A stretch of 64,000 nucleotides of DNA from the human T2T-CHM13v2.0 reference genome, Homo sapiens: assembly GCA_009914755.4 (NCBI GenBank), contig CP068257.2:26368001-26432000 (forward strand). The letters are read 5' to 3'. Position numbers and translations under genes: made by a program. A model generated the notes under the pieces. That model saw nothing but the letters and a program-made list of their open reading frames with translations. It was not told the DNA's origin and searched no databases. Positions 26,700 to 38,639 of the stretch are shown here, piece by piece (the first letter of the stretch is position 1; each line of letters begins with the position of its first letter).

Positions 26700-27600
26700 G
26701 TTGTCATGCTAGCATGCAAGTCATGCAAGCATCCAAAATACTACATTAAAAATAAAGACAGATGCAAAGCACAAAAAGAGCCTAACTTACTCTTATAAAA
26801 CTGAGAAAAAACAGGAGAATGTTTTCACAAAAGAAAAATGGAAGAGAATGTAGTCTTTAATTTAAAAAGACATCAAATATAAGCAATGTGAATAAACTCA
26901 ACAGACAATTGTAAAGTTAATTGAACAGAGAACCAAAATGACAATATTACGCAGATAATTAAATAGAAACCATAGAAAACAGATTAGACAATGTGGATGA
27001 TAAAATTAGTAACAGAAAAAGCCATGAAGTAGTCTCAGTGAAATAAAGGGGTAAAAAAAAGTAATCAGAAAGAAGTTAATGTTAATGGTATACAGAAAAT
27101 GTGGATCCAAAATAAAGGTAAATGATTCACCAGCAAAAAAGCTCAACAAGTAAAATTAAAAAACAATAATCATATAATAGAAGAAAATATTTCTAAAATG
27201 TAAAATAATACTCATAGACTTAAAGGCATACTGTTCTCAAGAAATTCATTAGAAGAAACAATTTTATGACATTCTGGTAAAGTGATTGAATTTCAAGGAT
27301 AAAGAAAGAATTCATCAGGTATCCAAGAACTTACAAAGGGGATAAATCTGGCTGGGCGCAAATGCCTCCATGGAAAAATAAAGTGCCAGAAGATAATAGA
27401 ACAATATTTACAAAATTCTAAGGGAACAAGTGTGTCTCAAGAATATTATAACCAGGCAAGTTGTTATCCAAGTACAAAATGGCAGTACTGGCATACTTAA
27501 TCATGCAAAAACTCACAGAATATGTCATTCCTTATTCTGTCTTAGAATGAAACTATGTAAGAGACAAATGAAGAAACCATTGTAAAAGAACTGAATGGAG
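26700..27600 (+). mobile_element. old L1 fragment, ORF1-like A-rich region (tentative)
   Basis: lysine/glutamate-rich coding-like A-rich sequence typical of L1 ORF1; no strong landmark. Confidence 0.35.
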
Positions 27601-29819
27601 CGTTGTTGCTGCTTCCTCAGAAGGGAGGGAACACCATGTCCTCACATGCAGACGGTACAGAAGGGAACAAACCCACACCCTCAAACCCATTTATAAGGGC
27701 CTGAATCCCTTCATCACCTTCTAAATACCCCATCTCTTAATATTATTACATTGTCTATTCAGTCTCAACAAAAAATTTGGGGCATACCCAATTTGGTCAT
27801 TGTTTGGATATTAGAACACAAAATTTAATTACTCAGTTTCTTACTATACATAAGACACTATTACCACCACATTGATTTTATTTGTTATTTTTATTACAAT
27901 TGTAACAAAACCTAGGAGCATCTGTATACAGAACTTAAACACAAACAAAGACTTTTCCGATTTTGTCATTTAATCTCCAAATCTTACCGCTTAAGGTATC
28001 TTAATTACGGTTATCCCTAAACATATGCAAATGCAGAGATTGGAAGAGCTAAGTAACTACTAAGTTGTGGAGCTAAGACTGAATTCTGGGTTTCAGACTA
28101 CAACTTTCAAAACATTTCTGTTGCATAATGAGGTAAAAAATATAGTGCCTAAATTGGAAGGTTAAATGATTCCTTCATAGAGGAAATTCAGAAAACAATA
28201 TAAAATAGAAGAAAACAATTCCTGGTTATTATGGAAATTGTATTATGTGTTGCAAAGCAATGACAATAAATGTACTTAAATAAATCACCAACTTAATAAA
28301 CCATCTTCGATTGAATCCTTAGTTTTCTCATGCAAAGTCTAGTATTCCTACAGAGCCAGAACGGTGTACAAAGAACAAGACGGGCAGATAAAATTAATGC
28401 TAGCTTAGTTTTATATGAAGCAGCAATTGGGAATATCAACTGTTCTCATGTTTAAATATTTGCTTTTGGCAAAATCCAAACAAGCTCACTATTTGTTAGA
28501 TTCGTAGGTATAGAGTCAATGTGGCAGTAGGTCTGGAGTGGGGCACATGTATTTTGTAGATTCAAAGATGTTGTCAATTTTAAAACATTAATTTTATATT
28601 AAATTTGGAGAGAACACCACTTTATTGAATGCATGCCAACATTTTAAGATGTCTTCCATTTTCAGAGCAATTTTATAAAAAGGATATACTGAAGTTTATT
28701 CTACTACAGGCATGAAAGTTACCACGCAAACCAGAGATACATTTGCTCTTTGTGAAGAAGCTTCTGCCCATTTGTCCATTTCAGTATATCATTTAAACAG
28801 TACAGCCAGTGCTGAATAGAGGCATCAGTTGAAGTCACCATCATGGCTACACAAATTGATTCCTTATGTGGGGAAAAAGAAAAATCCTCAAATGGCAGAT
28901 GGACAATTAAATATCTTGGTTCCCACGTTATTTCCCTGGAACCTCAAGTAGATTTAGTCAGACCCTTGGTAATTGATAAATATGATTGAGGACTTTGCTC
29001 TATCTTTTTTACATTAAATGAGTACATTACTCAGAAACATAAATAACCCATTGTAGTGATCATTGCCTACATGGGGAGATTTTTAGCTTCAAGTAATGGA
29101 TGCACAACCCAAAGTGAACATTTTTTCTATGAGAGAACACAAAGTACAGACGGAGCGTGGTTCCATGATTGATTCAGTAGCTCAGTGACACGATCCATGT
29201 GCTAGGTGTTTTTTCATCTTTGCACTCTCCCAGACACAGCCTATCAGCCAAGTGTAAGTCCATATTTCCAAAACAGCTGCAGCCTTTCCAAGTCTTCGCA
29301 GGGAGAAATGATCATGACCACATTCTCTGAAGGAGAAGAAGGGAACTTCCTCCCCTGAGTCTCATTTTATTGAGGAAAAAAAAAAAAACTTTTTACATGA
29401 GCAGCCCTCACCCTGAAGACATTCACAATTCTTATTTTTCAATAGCAATTAATTTTATTAGTTTGACAATTTATGATCATAAAAAATGCAATTCAAGAAA
29501 TGACTAAAATATGTTAAAGAAAATATCAGAATTATTCCTGGCACTTATATCTAATATTTCAAAACAGGCTATTTCAGCAACTGATTTATAAAGTGCTAAT
29601 ATAAAAATAATCTCAAATATGTTTAATTTCATCCATAAACTATAAATTATGAATTGCTATAAATTTTTGGTTAGCAAAAAAAACCAAAATATTTTTCCTC
29701 ATGAGACTGAATTATAGTGATAATTAATTTCAAGAGCACTTATATAGACTGAATGTTGACACAAGAAGTAGTTTTTGCATGAGCATTTTGAGTATTATCT
29801 TGGAATTAGAAGTAGTTTT

Positions 29820-30220
29820 AAGTCACTTTCCCCTGTGTATTGGTTTCCTGCTGCCTCTGTAACAAATTACTGGAAACTTGGTGGCTTAAACAATAGAAAT
29901 TTATTCTTTTACAGTTCTCGATGTCATAAATCTGAAATCAGTATCGGGGGTTTGTAGGGTGTGGCCATCAGGAAAGTTCTAAACAGATAATTCCTAATCC
30001 TTTAGATAATATTTCTAGTGGCCACCAACATTCATTGGCTTGTGGTACATCAGTCTAACCTCTGCCTGTGTGATCACATCCCCTCTCCTTTTCTGTCTGT
30101 GTGGTCAAATTTCTTTCTGTTTCCCTCTTATACAGATACATGTGATTGTATTTAGAGTCCATCTGGCTAATACTGGATAATCTTTTAGGTCAAGATCTTT
30201 AACTTAATCACATGCAATGA
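29820..30220 (+). repeat. ancient interspersed repeat of the ctgtaacaaattac...ggcttaaacaa...tctgaaatcag type (unclassified, possibly LTR-derived)
   Basis: tgctgcctctgtaacaaattactggaaacttggtggcttaaacaatagaaatttattctttt acagttctc...tcataaatctgaaatcag motif. Confidence 0.3.
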
Positions 30221-30399
30221 TTGATTTTTTGTTTGTCTGATTTTTCATATAAGGTAATATTCAGAGGTTCAAGAAATTTAGATATGAATTTTTTTTCTGG
30301 AACATTTTTGACCTACTGCACACTCATTCACTTATTCGTTTATGCATTTAACAAATATTATATGAACACCTGCAATGGATCAGACACTGTTCTAATGCT

Positions 30400-30700
30400 G
30401 GTTATATAACAGCAAAGTAAAGAGACAAAGGTTTTACATTCTTGGAGTTTACATTCTAGTACAAACATTGGCAAACTGTTTCTGTAAAGGGCCAGATAGT
30501 AAATATTGTTTGTAGATCATACAGTTTCTCTGTTGCAACTACTGAACTCTCCTGTTGTAGCATAGACACAGCTCCTCCTCTCTAAATACAAAAATGAATA
30601 GCTGTGGCTATATTCCAATAAATAATTACACATGAAAACAGGAAGCAAGCTAGATTTGGCTCTGGGGTTATAGTTGGCCAACACTTTCTCTGGACAGAAG
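30400..30700 (+). mobile_element. DNA-transposon-derived repeat of the hAT/MER type (tentative)
   Basis: ctgtttctgtaaagggccagatagtaaatattgtttgtagatcatacagtttctctgttgcaactactgaactct...ggctatattccaataaat resembles a common nonautonomous MER consensus. Confidence 0.35.
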
Positions 30701-31138
30701 ACACAGGAGAAAAAGTGACAGGCAAATACAGAATATGTCAGATGGTGATAAGTGATGTGGTTTTAAATAAAGCACATTCAGAGAAATAGGACATTCAAAT
30801 GGGAAGGCTATAACTAACTGCTATAACAGATAAATCAAAAAATTTTAGTGGCTTCCCAAAGAGCCATTTTCTCAGTGTTTATGTGAAGCCCAATACTAAG
30901 ATTTCTTATTAGTGGGAAGCCTTCCATGTGGTCATTCAGGAACCCACCCTCCTGCTCTCTTGTATCTGCCCTCCTGAGAACTCTAGAACCCTGTGTTCAG
31001 TTGGTGGTTGAAGAAAGGGAGTAGAGAACAGCACACAGGCATTTTAAGGAAGCAGGATTACAAGGTTTGATCAATTCCACTCAGTTTATATGCATTTTCT
31101 TCTCTAAAAGCTCCATTGCCTGACTTCACCTAACTTTA

Positions 31139-31528
<390 letters not shown>

Positions 31529-31851
31529 TTAGGAAGTGTTGCTCTTGTAAGCAGGGTAGCCAGAAAAAGTTTTCCTGGCCTTTCTGAGGAAAGCAGGGGG
31601 CTAATGTGGCAGAGATTTGCAGGGGGCATTCTAATATTTAGGCTAGCTTTGTGCTTCTGAATTTATCTCTTTACAGATAGATTAGTCATGAGACTGAGCA
31701 GTAGTTGTTGAAATGTGGGAAGGAAAAATACAGGCCATTTACAGGTCAGACTCCTAAAACTCACTGTACTCTTCTCCTTGCTTTTTCTTTCTCTCTTTGG
31801 GAACAAAATCAAGGACTTAATCTCGGCTTAGAAGAGAGCTAACCAGAGGTG

Positions 31852-32092
31852 CCATAGTCAAAAGTTCAGTTTCCACCAAAGCCCAGTAACAGGCCACAAG
31901 CTGTCTCTCAAAAAGAGAGTAGTTATCTGCAGAAGATGGCAGGGCCTTGCTAGAAAATTCTAGAGGCCCCTGCTGTGATTGACCTATAGGGGCCTGCCAA
32001 AGGCTCCAAACAGCATTCCTATCTGCCACTGGCACCTCAAGCACCTTTGTATCTGCTGGGTCATATGGCCCAAGTGGCAGAGCAGCTTGCAT
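31852..32092 (-). pseudogene. pol: pol RT-RNase H connection segment; homology stops at codons L-T-M (31853-31861)
   Basis: ...ALPSSADNYSLFERQLVACYWALVETELLTM then unrelated sequence and a stop. Confidence 0.7.
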
Positions 32093-32340
32093 AGCAGCCT
32101 GGACCTGTTGCAGAGCCTTCTCCTGTTCTGGTCCCCATTCAAAACTGGAAACTTTTTGGGTCAGTCAGTAAATGGGCAAGAATAACACACCCAAATGAGG
32201 AATGTGTTGCCTCCAAAATCCAAATAGGCACAAAACCACTAAGTGTTGTGCCTTTTTCTTGCTTGTAGAAAGGGCCAAGTGCGGCAACTTATCCTTTACC
32301 ATAGAAGGAAGGTCTCAACATGTCCAACACCACTAGACCA

Positions 32341-32901
32341 CTAGACCCCTGGAAATTTTACTGAGGTAGAAGGTCTCTGAATTTTAGTCAGATTTATTTC
32401 CCATCCTCTGGCATGCAAATGTCTTACCAATAAGTCCAGTATGTTCGCTACTTCTTGCTCACTGGGTCCAATCAGCATAATGTCATTAATGTAATAAACC
32501 AGTGTGATATGTTTGTGGAAGTGAAAAGTGATCAAGGTCTCTTTGAATAAGATTATGATCCAAAGGCAGAGAGTTCACATACCCCTGAGGTAGAACAGTA
32601 AAGGTATATTTACTATAAAGGTATACTTACATTGCCAGCTGAAGGCAAATTGCTTCCAATGGACAAGAATAGAGAAAAAGGCATTTGCCAAGTTAATGGC
32701 TGCATGCAAGGTACCAGCAGACGTGTTAATTTGCTCAAGTAATGAAACCACAACTGGTAGAGCTGCTGCAATTGGAGTCACCATTTGGTTAAGCTTACAA
32801 TAATCCACTGTCATTCTCCTAGATTCATCTGTCTTCCCCACAGGCCAAATAGGAGAGTTGAACAGGGATGTAGTGGGAATCACCACCCCTGCGTCTTTCA
32901 A
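32341..32901 (-). pseudogene. pol: pol reverse transcriptase remnant (fingers/palm including YXDD)
   Basis: ORFs 32575-32901 and 32341-32535 on the minus strand. Confidence 0.8.
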
Positions 32902-34239
32902 GTCCTTAAGGGTGTCACTAATCTCCGTAATCTTTCCACGGATGCAATATTATTTTTGATTTATGATTTTTCTAGATAGAGGCAGCTCTAATGGCTTCCA
33001 TTTGGCCCTTCTTACCATAATATCCCTCACCCTGCCAGTCAGGAAGCCAATGTGGGGGTTCTGCCAGCTGCTATGTATGTCTATGCCAATTATGTATTCT
33101 GGCACTGAAGAAATAACCACAGGATGAGTCTGGGAACCCCCTGGAGTTGTGTAAGTAGGGCCTGAGCTAAAACTCTATCAATTACTACCTCCATAAGTCC
33201 CTACTTTAACTGGAGGACCACAGTGACATTTTGGGTCTCCTGGAATCAACGTCAGCTTAGAGCCAGTGTCTAATAGTCCCTGAAACGTCTAATCATTTCC
33301 CTTTCATCAATGCACAGTTGCCCTGGTAACAGGTCAGAAGCCTCCTCGGGGAAGAATGGGAGAAAGAATAACAGCATAAATTGTCAGTAGTATAGTGGGG
33401 TTCTTGATCAAAGGGACCTGGCCTCCCCTTTATTCAAGGGGTTCTGGTTCTGGCTCCAATCTGGAAATTAATTGAGGGGCCATGGTTCTCTGTTTTTATC
33501 ATTCAAATTAGTCTTTTGTCCATTTGACCTGGATGTTTTCTGCCTATATAAATTAAGCAGGAATTCAGTAGGCTTCCTATCAATTTCATTTCTAGGAACA
33601 TCACGATTAGCCAATACCAGAGCTCTACACGAGTTTGCACTATTTAATTGCTGCTTTGCCTCTGCTGTCCATTATAATAGCTATGCCCACCTTGCCTTTG
33701 ATGGTTTAGTGCTGCCACTTGGCCCCTGCCACCTCAGGATCCAAGTATTCCCATTGTATTTCAATTTTGTAGTTGAGTGACTGCAGTTCCCACTGTTAGA
33801 TCTGATATACAGAGAAGAGCAATTACAGGGCTCTTCAAAGATGCAGGTGCTGCTCTCACAAGTCTATTTCACAAAACACTGGCCAAGAATATATCTTCTG
33901 GACCCACCCAGCTCGGATAGGTAGGTGTAAAGTGACTAATCTCCTCCATCATCCCAATCTTTCTAAGCCTTTTGATTCTTTCCTCTACATTAACCCAAGG
34001 GAGGAAATTAGGCATTTCCAGCTCGCTCACAGTAGGCTATCTTTTAATCCATATTTCAGCCAACAAAGCAAATAAACTATCAGAACCATTTTTTAACTCC
34101 CCAAGCTGTAACATTAAATGCAGAGTCCCTACCTAGTGGGCTTAAATCAATACGTTCAGCCTGATCCAACTCTATGTTCCTTCCACTATTATCCCATACC
34201 CTTAATATCCATTCCCATTCCTGTTCTCCATATTTATGC

Positions 34240-34971
34240 TTATATAAATAGAAAGCTCAAGCAGTTCTTTTGAGTGTAGTGCACCTCCTCATAGGTCACA
34301 CTCTCAACCTCCCCCTTAGGGGGGGCCAACTGGGACTTTAGACTAGTTATAGGCCTAGAAGCAAACAGGGGTGTTGGGGGTGGCTCCTGAGGAGAATCAA
34401 CATTATCTTGCCTGACGACTGCCTCAGGGGAGGCCATCACTGTTGCCTTAGGCAGCGCACGGTTTATCTCCTCAGACAAAGGTGGAAAGGCTGATGGAAG
34501 CATGGACTGGGGAGGGGATGTTGCCACTACTGGGCATGGAGAAGCTGTTTCTTCTGGCAAAAAGTGTTCATCAGAGTTGACAATCTCAGTGTGCCCACCT
34601 TCATCAGAGTCCTCCCACACATTCCCCTTCCAAGTTGCAGGGTCTTATTCTTTTCCAATTAATGCCCTCACTTTAACAGTAGACACCTGGTGAGGCTGTG
34701 CATGCACCTTTCATTGCAGTTCAGCCACTCACATAAGAGCTTGTGTCTGTTTTTCCACAATTTCAGCTCTGTCTCTACAGGAGATAAGACTCCCACTCAG
34801 GGTAATCTTAGCAGATTTGATACTTAGCATCTGCTTCTGAAGCTGGGAGTTAGAATCCCTGAGTTCATCATTTTCTTTCATCCTTTTGTCAAGTGAACTT
34901 AGGAGCAACCAACCAACTTCATTTTGTTCCTTTATTCTCCATATATAGTCACTAAACTCCTTGACTCTCAT
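34240..34971 (-). pseudogene. gag: gag remnant (tentative)
   Basis: position upstream of pol within the element; ORFs 34729-34971 and 34240-34620; homologous to the gag 5' region retained in the second HERV-L at 37640-38180. Confidence 0.45.
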
Positions 34972-35182
34972 GAGCAGTAAATCAGGGGTGCCAAATGCTT
35001 TTATTTTTCATAACTATCTAAGCAGTCCATGCCAAGGACTATCAGTGTTCTCCATACTATTAGAGTAGAGTCCTTAGCATTTTGGGGTCTAATCATATTA
35101 AGCAGCCACTCTAGAAACCCTAAAAACAACAGAAGAACTCCATTATTAATAGTCTGTTCCTCTAGAACCACTCCTGATATGA

Positions 35183-35659
35183 AAATCTGTGTTAGTCAAG
35201 GTTCTCTAGAGAGACAGAACTAATAGGATATATATATAGAAAGGGAGGGAGTTTATTATGTTGTAGTAACTCACATGATCACAAGGTCCCACAATAGGCC
35301 ATCTACAAGCTGAGGAGAAAGGAAGCCAGTCCAAGTCCCAAAGCTGAAGAACTTGGAGTTCGATGTTCCAGGGCAGGAAGCATCCAGCACAGGGGAAAGA
35401 TGTAGGCTAGGAGGCTAAGCCAGTCTAGGCTTTTTACGTTTTTCTGCCTGCTTCATATCCTGGCCACACTGGCAGTTGATCAGACTGTGTCCACCCAGAT
35501 TAAGTGTGGGCTTGCCTTTCGCAGCCCACTGACTCAAATGTTAATCTCCTTTGGCAAGACCCTTACAGACCCACCCAAGATCAATACTTTGCATCCTTCA
35601 ATCCAATCAAGTTGAGACTTAATATTAACCATTACACTGTAGCTTCTTTGTTTTGGCCA
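35183..35659 (-). mobile_element. MLT2-type LTR; 5' LTR of the split HERV-L
   Basis: plus strand reads tgttagtcaaggttctctagagagacagaactaataggatatatatatag...gcagacccacccaagatcaatactttgcatccttcaatccaatcaagttgagacttaatattaaccattaca, the reverse complement of the 24276-24712 copy. Confidence 0.7.
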
Positions 35660-35905
35660 GTATCTTCCACTTAGAATGTGTATATTTACCCAGTGACTAT
35701 ACTCCATTGTATCTGGGAAGTAACTAACTTGCTTTTGATTTTACAGGTTCATAGGCAGAAGGGACTGCCTTTTCTCAGATGAGACTTTGTACTTGGACTT
35801 TTGAGTTAATGCTGGAATGAGTTAAAACTTTGTGGGACTGTTGGAAGGGCATAACTGTGTTTTGAAATGTGAGGACATTAGAATTGAGAGGGCCATGGGT
35901 GAAAT
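35660..35905 (+). mobile_element. MaLR internal sequence (THE1/MST-int), terminal 3' part, starting where the 24713-26047 fragment stops
   Basis: collinear with 54196-54466 of the complete THE1 copy (gattttacaggttcataggcagaagggactg...gaaatgtgaggacattagaattgagagggccatgggtg). Confidence 0.75.
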
Positions 35906-36262
35906 TATATGGTTTGGCTCTGTGTCTCTAACCAAATCTCACCTTGAATTGTAATAATCCCATGTGTCAAGGGCAGAACCAAGTAGAGGTAACTGTAGCA
36001 TGGAGGCAGTTCCCTCATGTTGTTCTCATGATAATGAGTGAGTCTCATGGGATCTGATGGTCTTATAACAATTTGACATTTCCCCTGCTTGCACTCAGTC
36101 TGTTTCCCGCAACCCTGTGAAGAGGTGCCTTTTGCCATGCTTGTAAATTTCCGGAGGCCTTTCCAGCCATGTGGAACTGTGAGTCAATTAAACCTCTTTT
36201 CTTTATAAATTACCTAGTCTCAGGTATTTCTCTACAGCAGCCTAAGAACAAACTAATATCTA
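35906..36262 (+). mobile_element. MST-type MaLR LTR (3' LTR; same subfamily signature as 26048-26405)
   Basis: ttatatggtttggctctgtgtctctaaccaaatctcaccttgaattgtaataatcccatgtgtcaaggg...ttaaacctcttttctttataaattacctagtctcaggtatttc...gaacaaactaata. Confidence 0.8.
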
Positions 36263-38606
36263 TCTATCTATCTATGATCTGGCTATAGCTATACATATAT
36301 TATATATATAATATATATTATGATTTTTATATATATATGATTTATTATGAGGTATAGGCTTATGGAATTATAAAGTCTGAGAAATCCCATCTGTGCAAGA
36401 TGGAGACATTGGACAGTCAGTGGTGTAGTTCAAAAGCCTGAAAGCCAGAGAGCCAATGGTATAGATTTCAGTCTGAGTTTGAAAGCTTGAGAAACAGAAG
36501 GACCAAGGGCAAGAAAAGATTGATATCTCAGTTCAAGTAGGCAGAAAGAGAATGAATCCTCTCTCTTTCATCTTTTTGCTCTATTCAATTATCAAGGGAC
36601 TAAATGTTACCCACCCACAATGGGGAAGCCAACTCAGTTCATTCAGTCTACTGATTAAAATGCTAATCTCTTCTATAAACACTCCCATGGACACACCCAG
36701 AAATAATGTTTAATCAGCTATCTGGGCATCCTGTGATCCAGTCAAGTTAACAAAATTAACTTTCACAAATACTCTAATTGTCAATGTGGCACTTATATTC
36801 CTCTCCTTACATACTTAAATACTATGATATAAAGCCAATATATCTTATGTTACATGATAAGAGAATAGGAGACAGAAGAAAACCACGGTATTATATACAC
36901 AATATATACACAACCAAAAATGCATTTATAAAAAAATGGGGAGATCATATTTATTACAATCAAAATTATCATTGCTGTAACTGGTCATGTAGTCATAGCT
37001 AGTATTTATAACTACTTTATTCAAGTATCCATTCTGTATTCCCTTTGTCTTCAGGAAGCACCTCAGCTGGTAGTGTTTTTTTGTCTTTTGTGGTTACCCA
37101 ATTTTTTATTCCTGAAGGGCTGTGATCACTAACAACCTTGTCTTCATTGGGCTGTTGTTTCCTATTAACCTTAATCACAGGGCATGGTAATACTAAGCAA
37201 AACTATAAGGGATCACCCACACTCTAGATGTATTTTACCTTACCTACATTATGGACTAGCAGTCCAATTTCCCCTTGGTAGTCAGGATCAATCACCCCAG
37301 ATAGTACTTTAACTCCCTTCTTTGCCTATTGATTGAGAAGCATGAGGAGTTCAAAGCGGCCAGGTGAGTCTTAGCTTCCATTTCAATGGAATCATTATTG
37401 TGTCTCCTAATGGAAGGACTCCTCCCTTTGCAACTAAGACCTCCAGCCCAGCACAGCACAGGGTTTGGGAAAAGAAAATAAATATTTTGCTAGTGAGTCA
37501 TTAGTGGTAGTAGTGAGGGTTTTCACTCCCATTTCTGCTCCTTAATTCCTAGAACCATGAATGCTGGCTGTAGGAGAAACAGGATCATATATCAGATGCT
37601 GATACAGAACATACACAGCCTTCTAGAAACCCTTTCCCCATTCTCTCTCAACAAATGTTCTTGCTTTAGCAAGAACACGCTGAAAGACTTGGAGTTTAAT
37701 TTCCGTTATAATTCAGCCATTCATAGGATGAGATTCTGCATCTCACTTTCTGCAATCTCAACTCTGTGGACACCAAAAATAAGAGTTATCTTCAGATGAC
37801 AATAAGTCCTCAGGTCACTTATGCTTCTGGGAATTTAAATCCTAAGTTCATCCTTTTCTTTCACCACTTTGTCCAGTGACATTAGGAGCAAATGGCCAAC
37901 CTTATTATATTTGTTAGTTTTCCAAAACTGTTCAAAAGCATCATCTACAGAGTCATTCAGTTCCTTGCTTTTTATAAGTGGTATCCAAGGCAGATATTTT
38001 GTATATCTCTATTACCAGATTATGTCATGGATGTTAGTGCTCTCTTTACTACTGGAAACAGAGTCATCCAAACCTTTACATCTAATCAGATTAGACAATT
38101 TATTCCAAAATCTACAGCATCAATCTGGGAAACTTATTTATAAAATTCTATTTCTGTAAAACCACTCCCAGTACCAATATATGTCTTAGTCAGGGTTATC
38201 CAGAGAAATAAAATCAATAAAATCTATCCTCTGAAACCTGGAGACCCAGTTGGTGTAATCTGAAGGCCTGAAAGTCAAAGATTCAATGGTGTAATTTTAG
38301 TCCCAGTTTGTAGGCCTGGCATTTCAAAGAAAGGAGAGGAATAGATATTCCAGCTCAATCAATCAGGCAAAGAAAGAGTGAATTCTCCTGTCCTTCACCT
38401 TTTCTTCTATTCAGACCCTCACTGAATTAGTTGATATCACACATAGAGAAGGGCAATGAAGTTTACTATGTCTATTCATAAAAATGCTAATTTCTCCCAT
38501 GAATACCATGACAGAGACACTCAGAAATATTGTCTAAATAGATGTCCTGATCCCATGATCTAGGAAAGTTAACACATAAAATATGACAATCAATAACTAA
38601 TAACTT
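36263..38606 (-). mobile_element. second HERV-L provirus, internally deleted: 3' LTR (36263-36767), pol 3' end/dUTPase region and tail (36768-~37560), deletion junction (~37560-37640), gag 5' region and leader (~37640-38181), 5' LTR (38182-38606)
   Basis: 36783-37560 is homologous (reverse complement) to 23380-24270; 37640-38181 is homologous to 34800-35182; both LTRs are MLT2-type and homologous to each other and to the 24276/35183 copies. Confidence 0.7.
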
Positions 38607-38639
38607 TTCAAATGAAAAACCACAATATTTGAATGGTTT

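Larger units (their letters stand above)
31852..35182 (-). mobile_element. HERV-L internal region, 5' portion: leader - gag - protease - RT - N-terminal RNase H/connection, ending exactly where the + strand fragment at 22006 begins
   Basis: minus-strand ORFs with RT motifs SPIWPVGKTDESRRMTVDYCKLNQMVTPIAAALPVVVSLLEQI, YINDIML (YXDD), and NYSLFERQLVACYWALVETELLTM. Confidence 0.85.
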
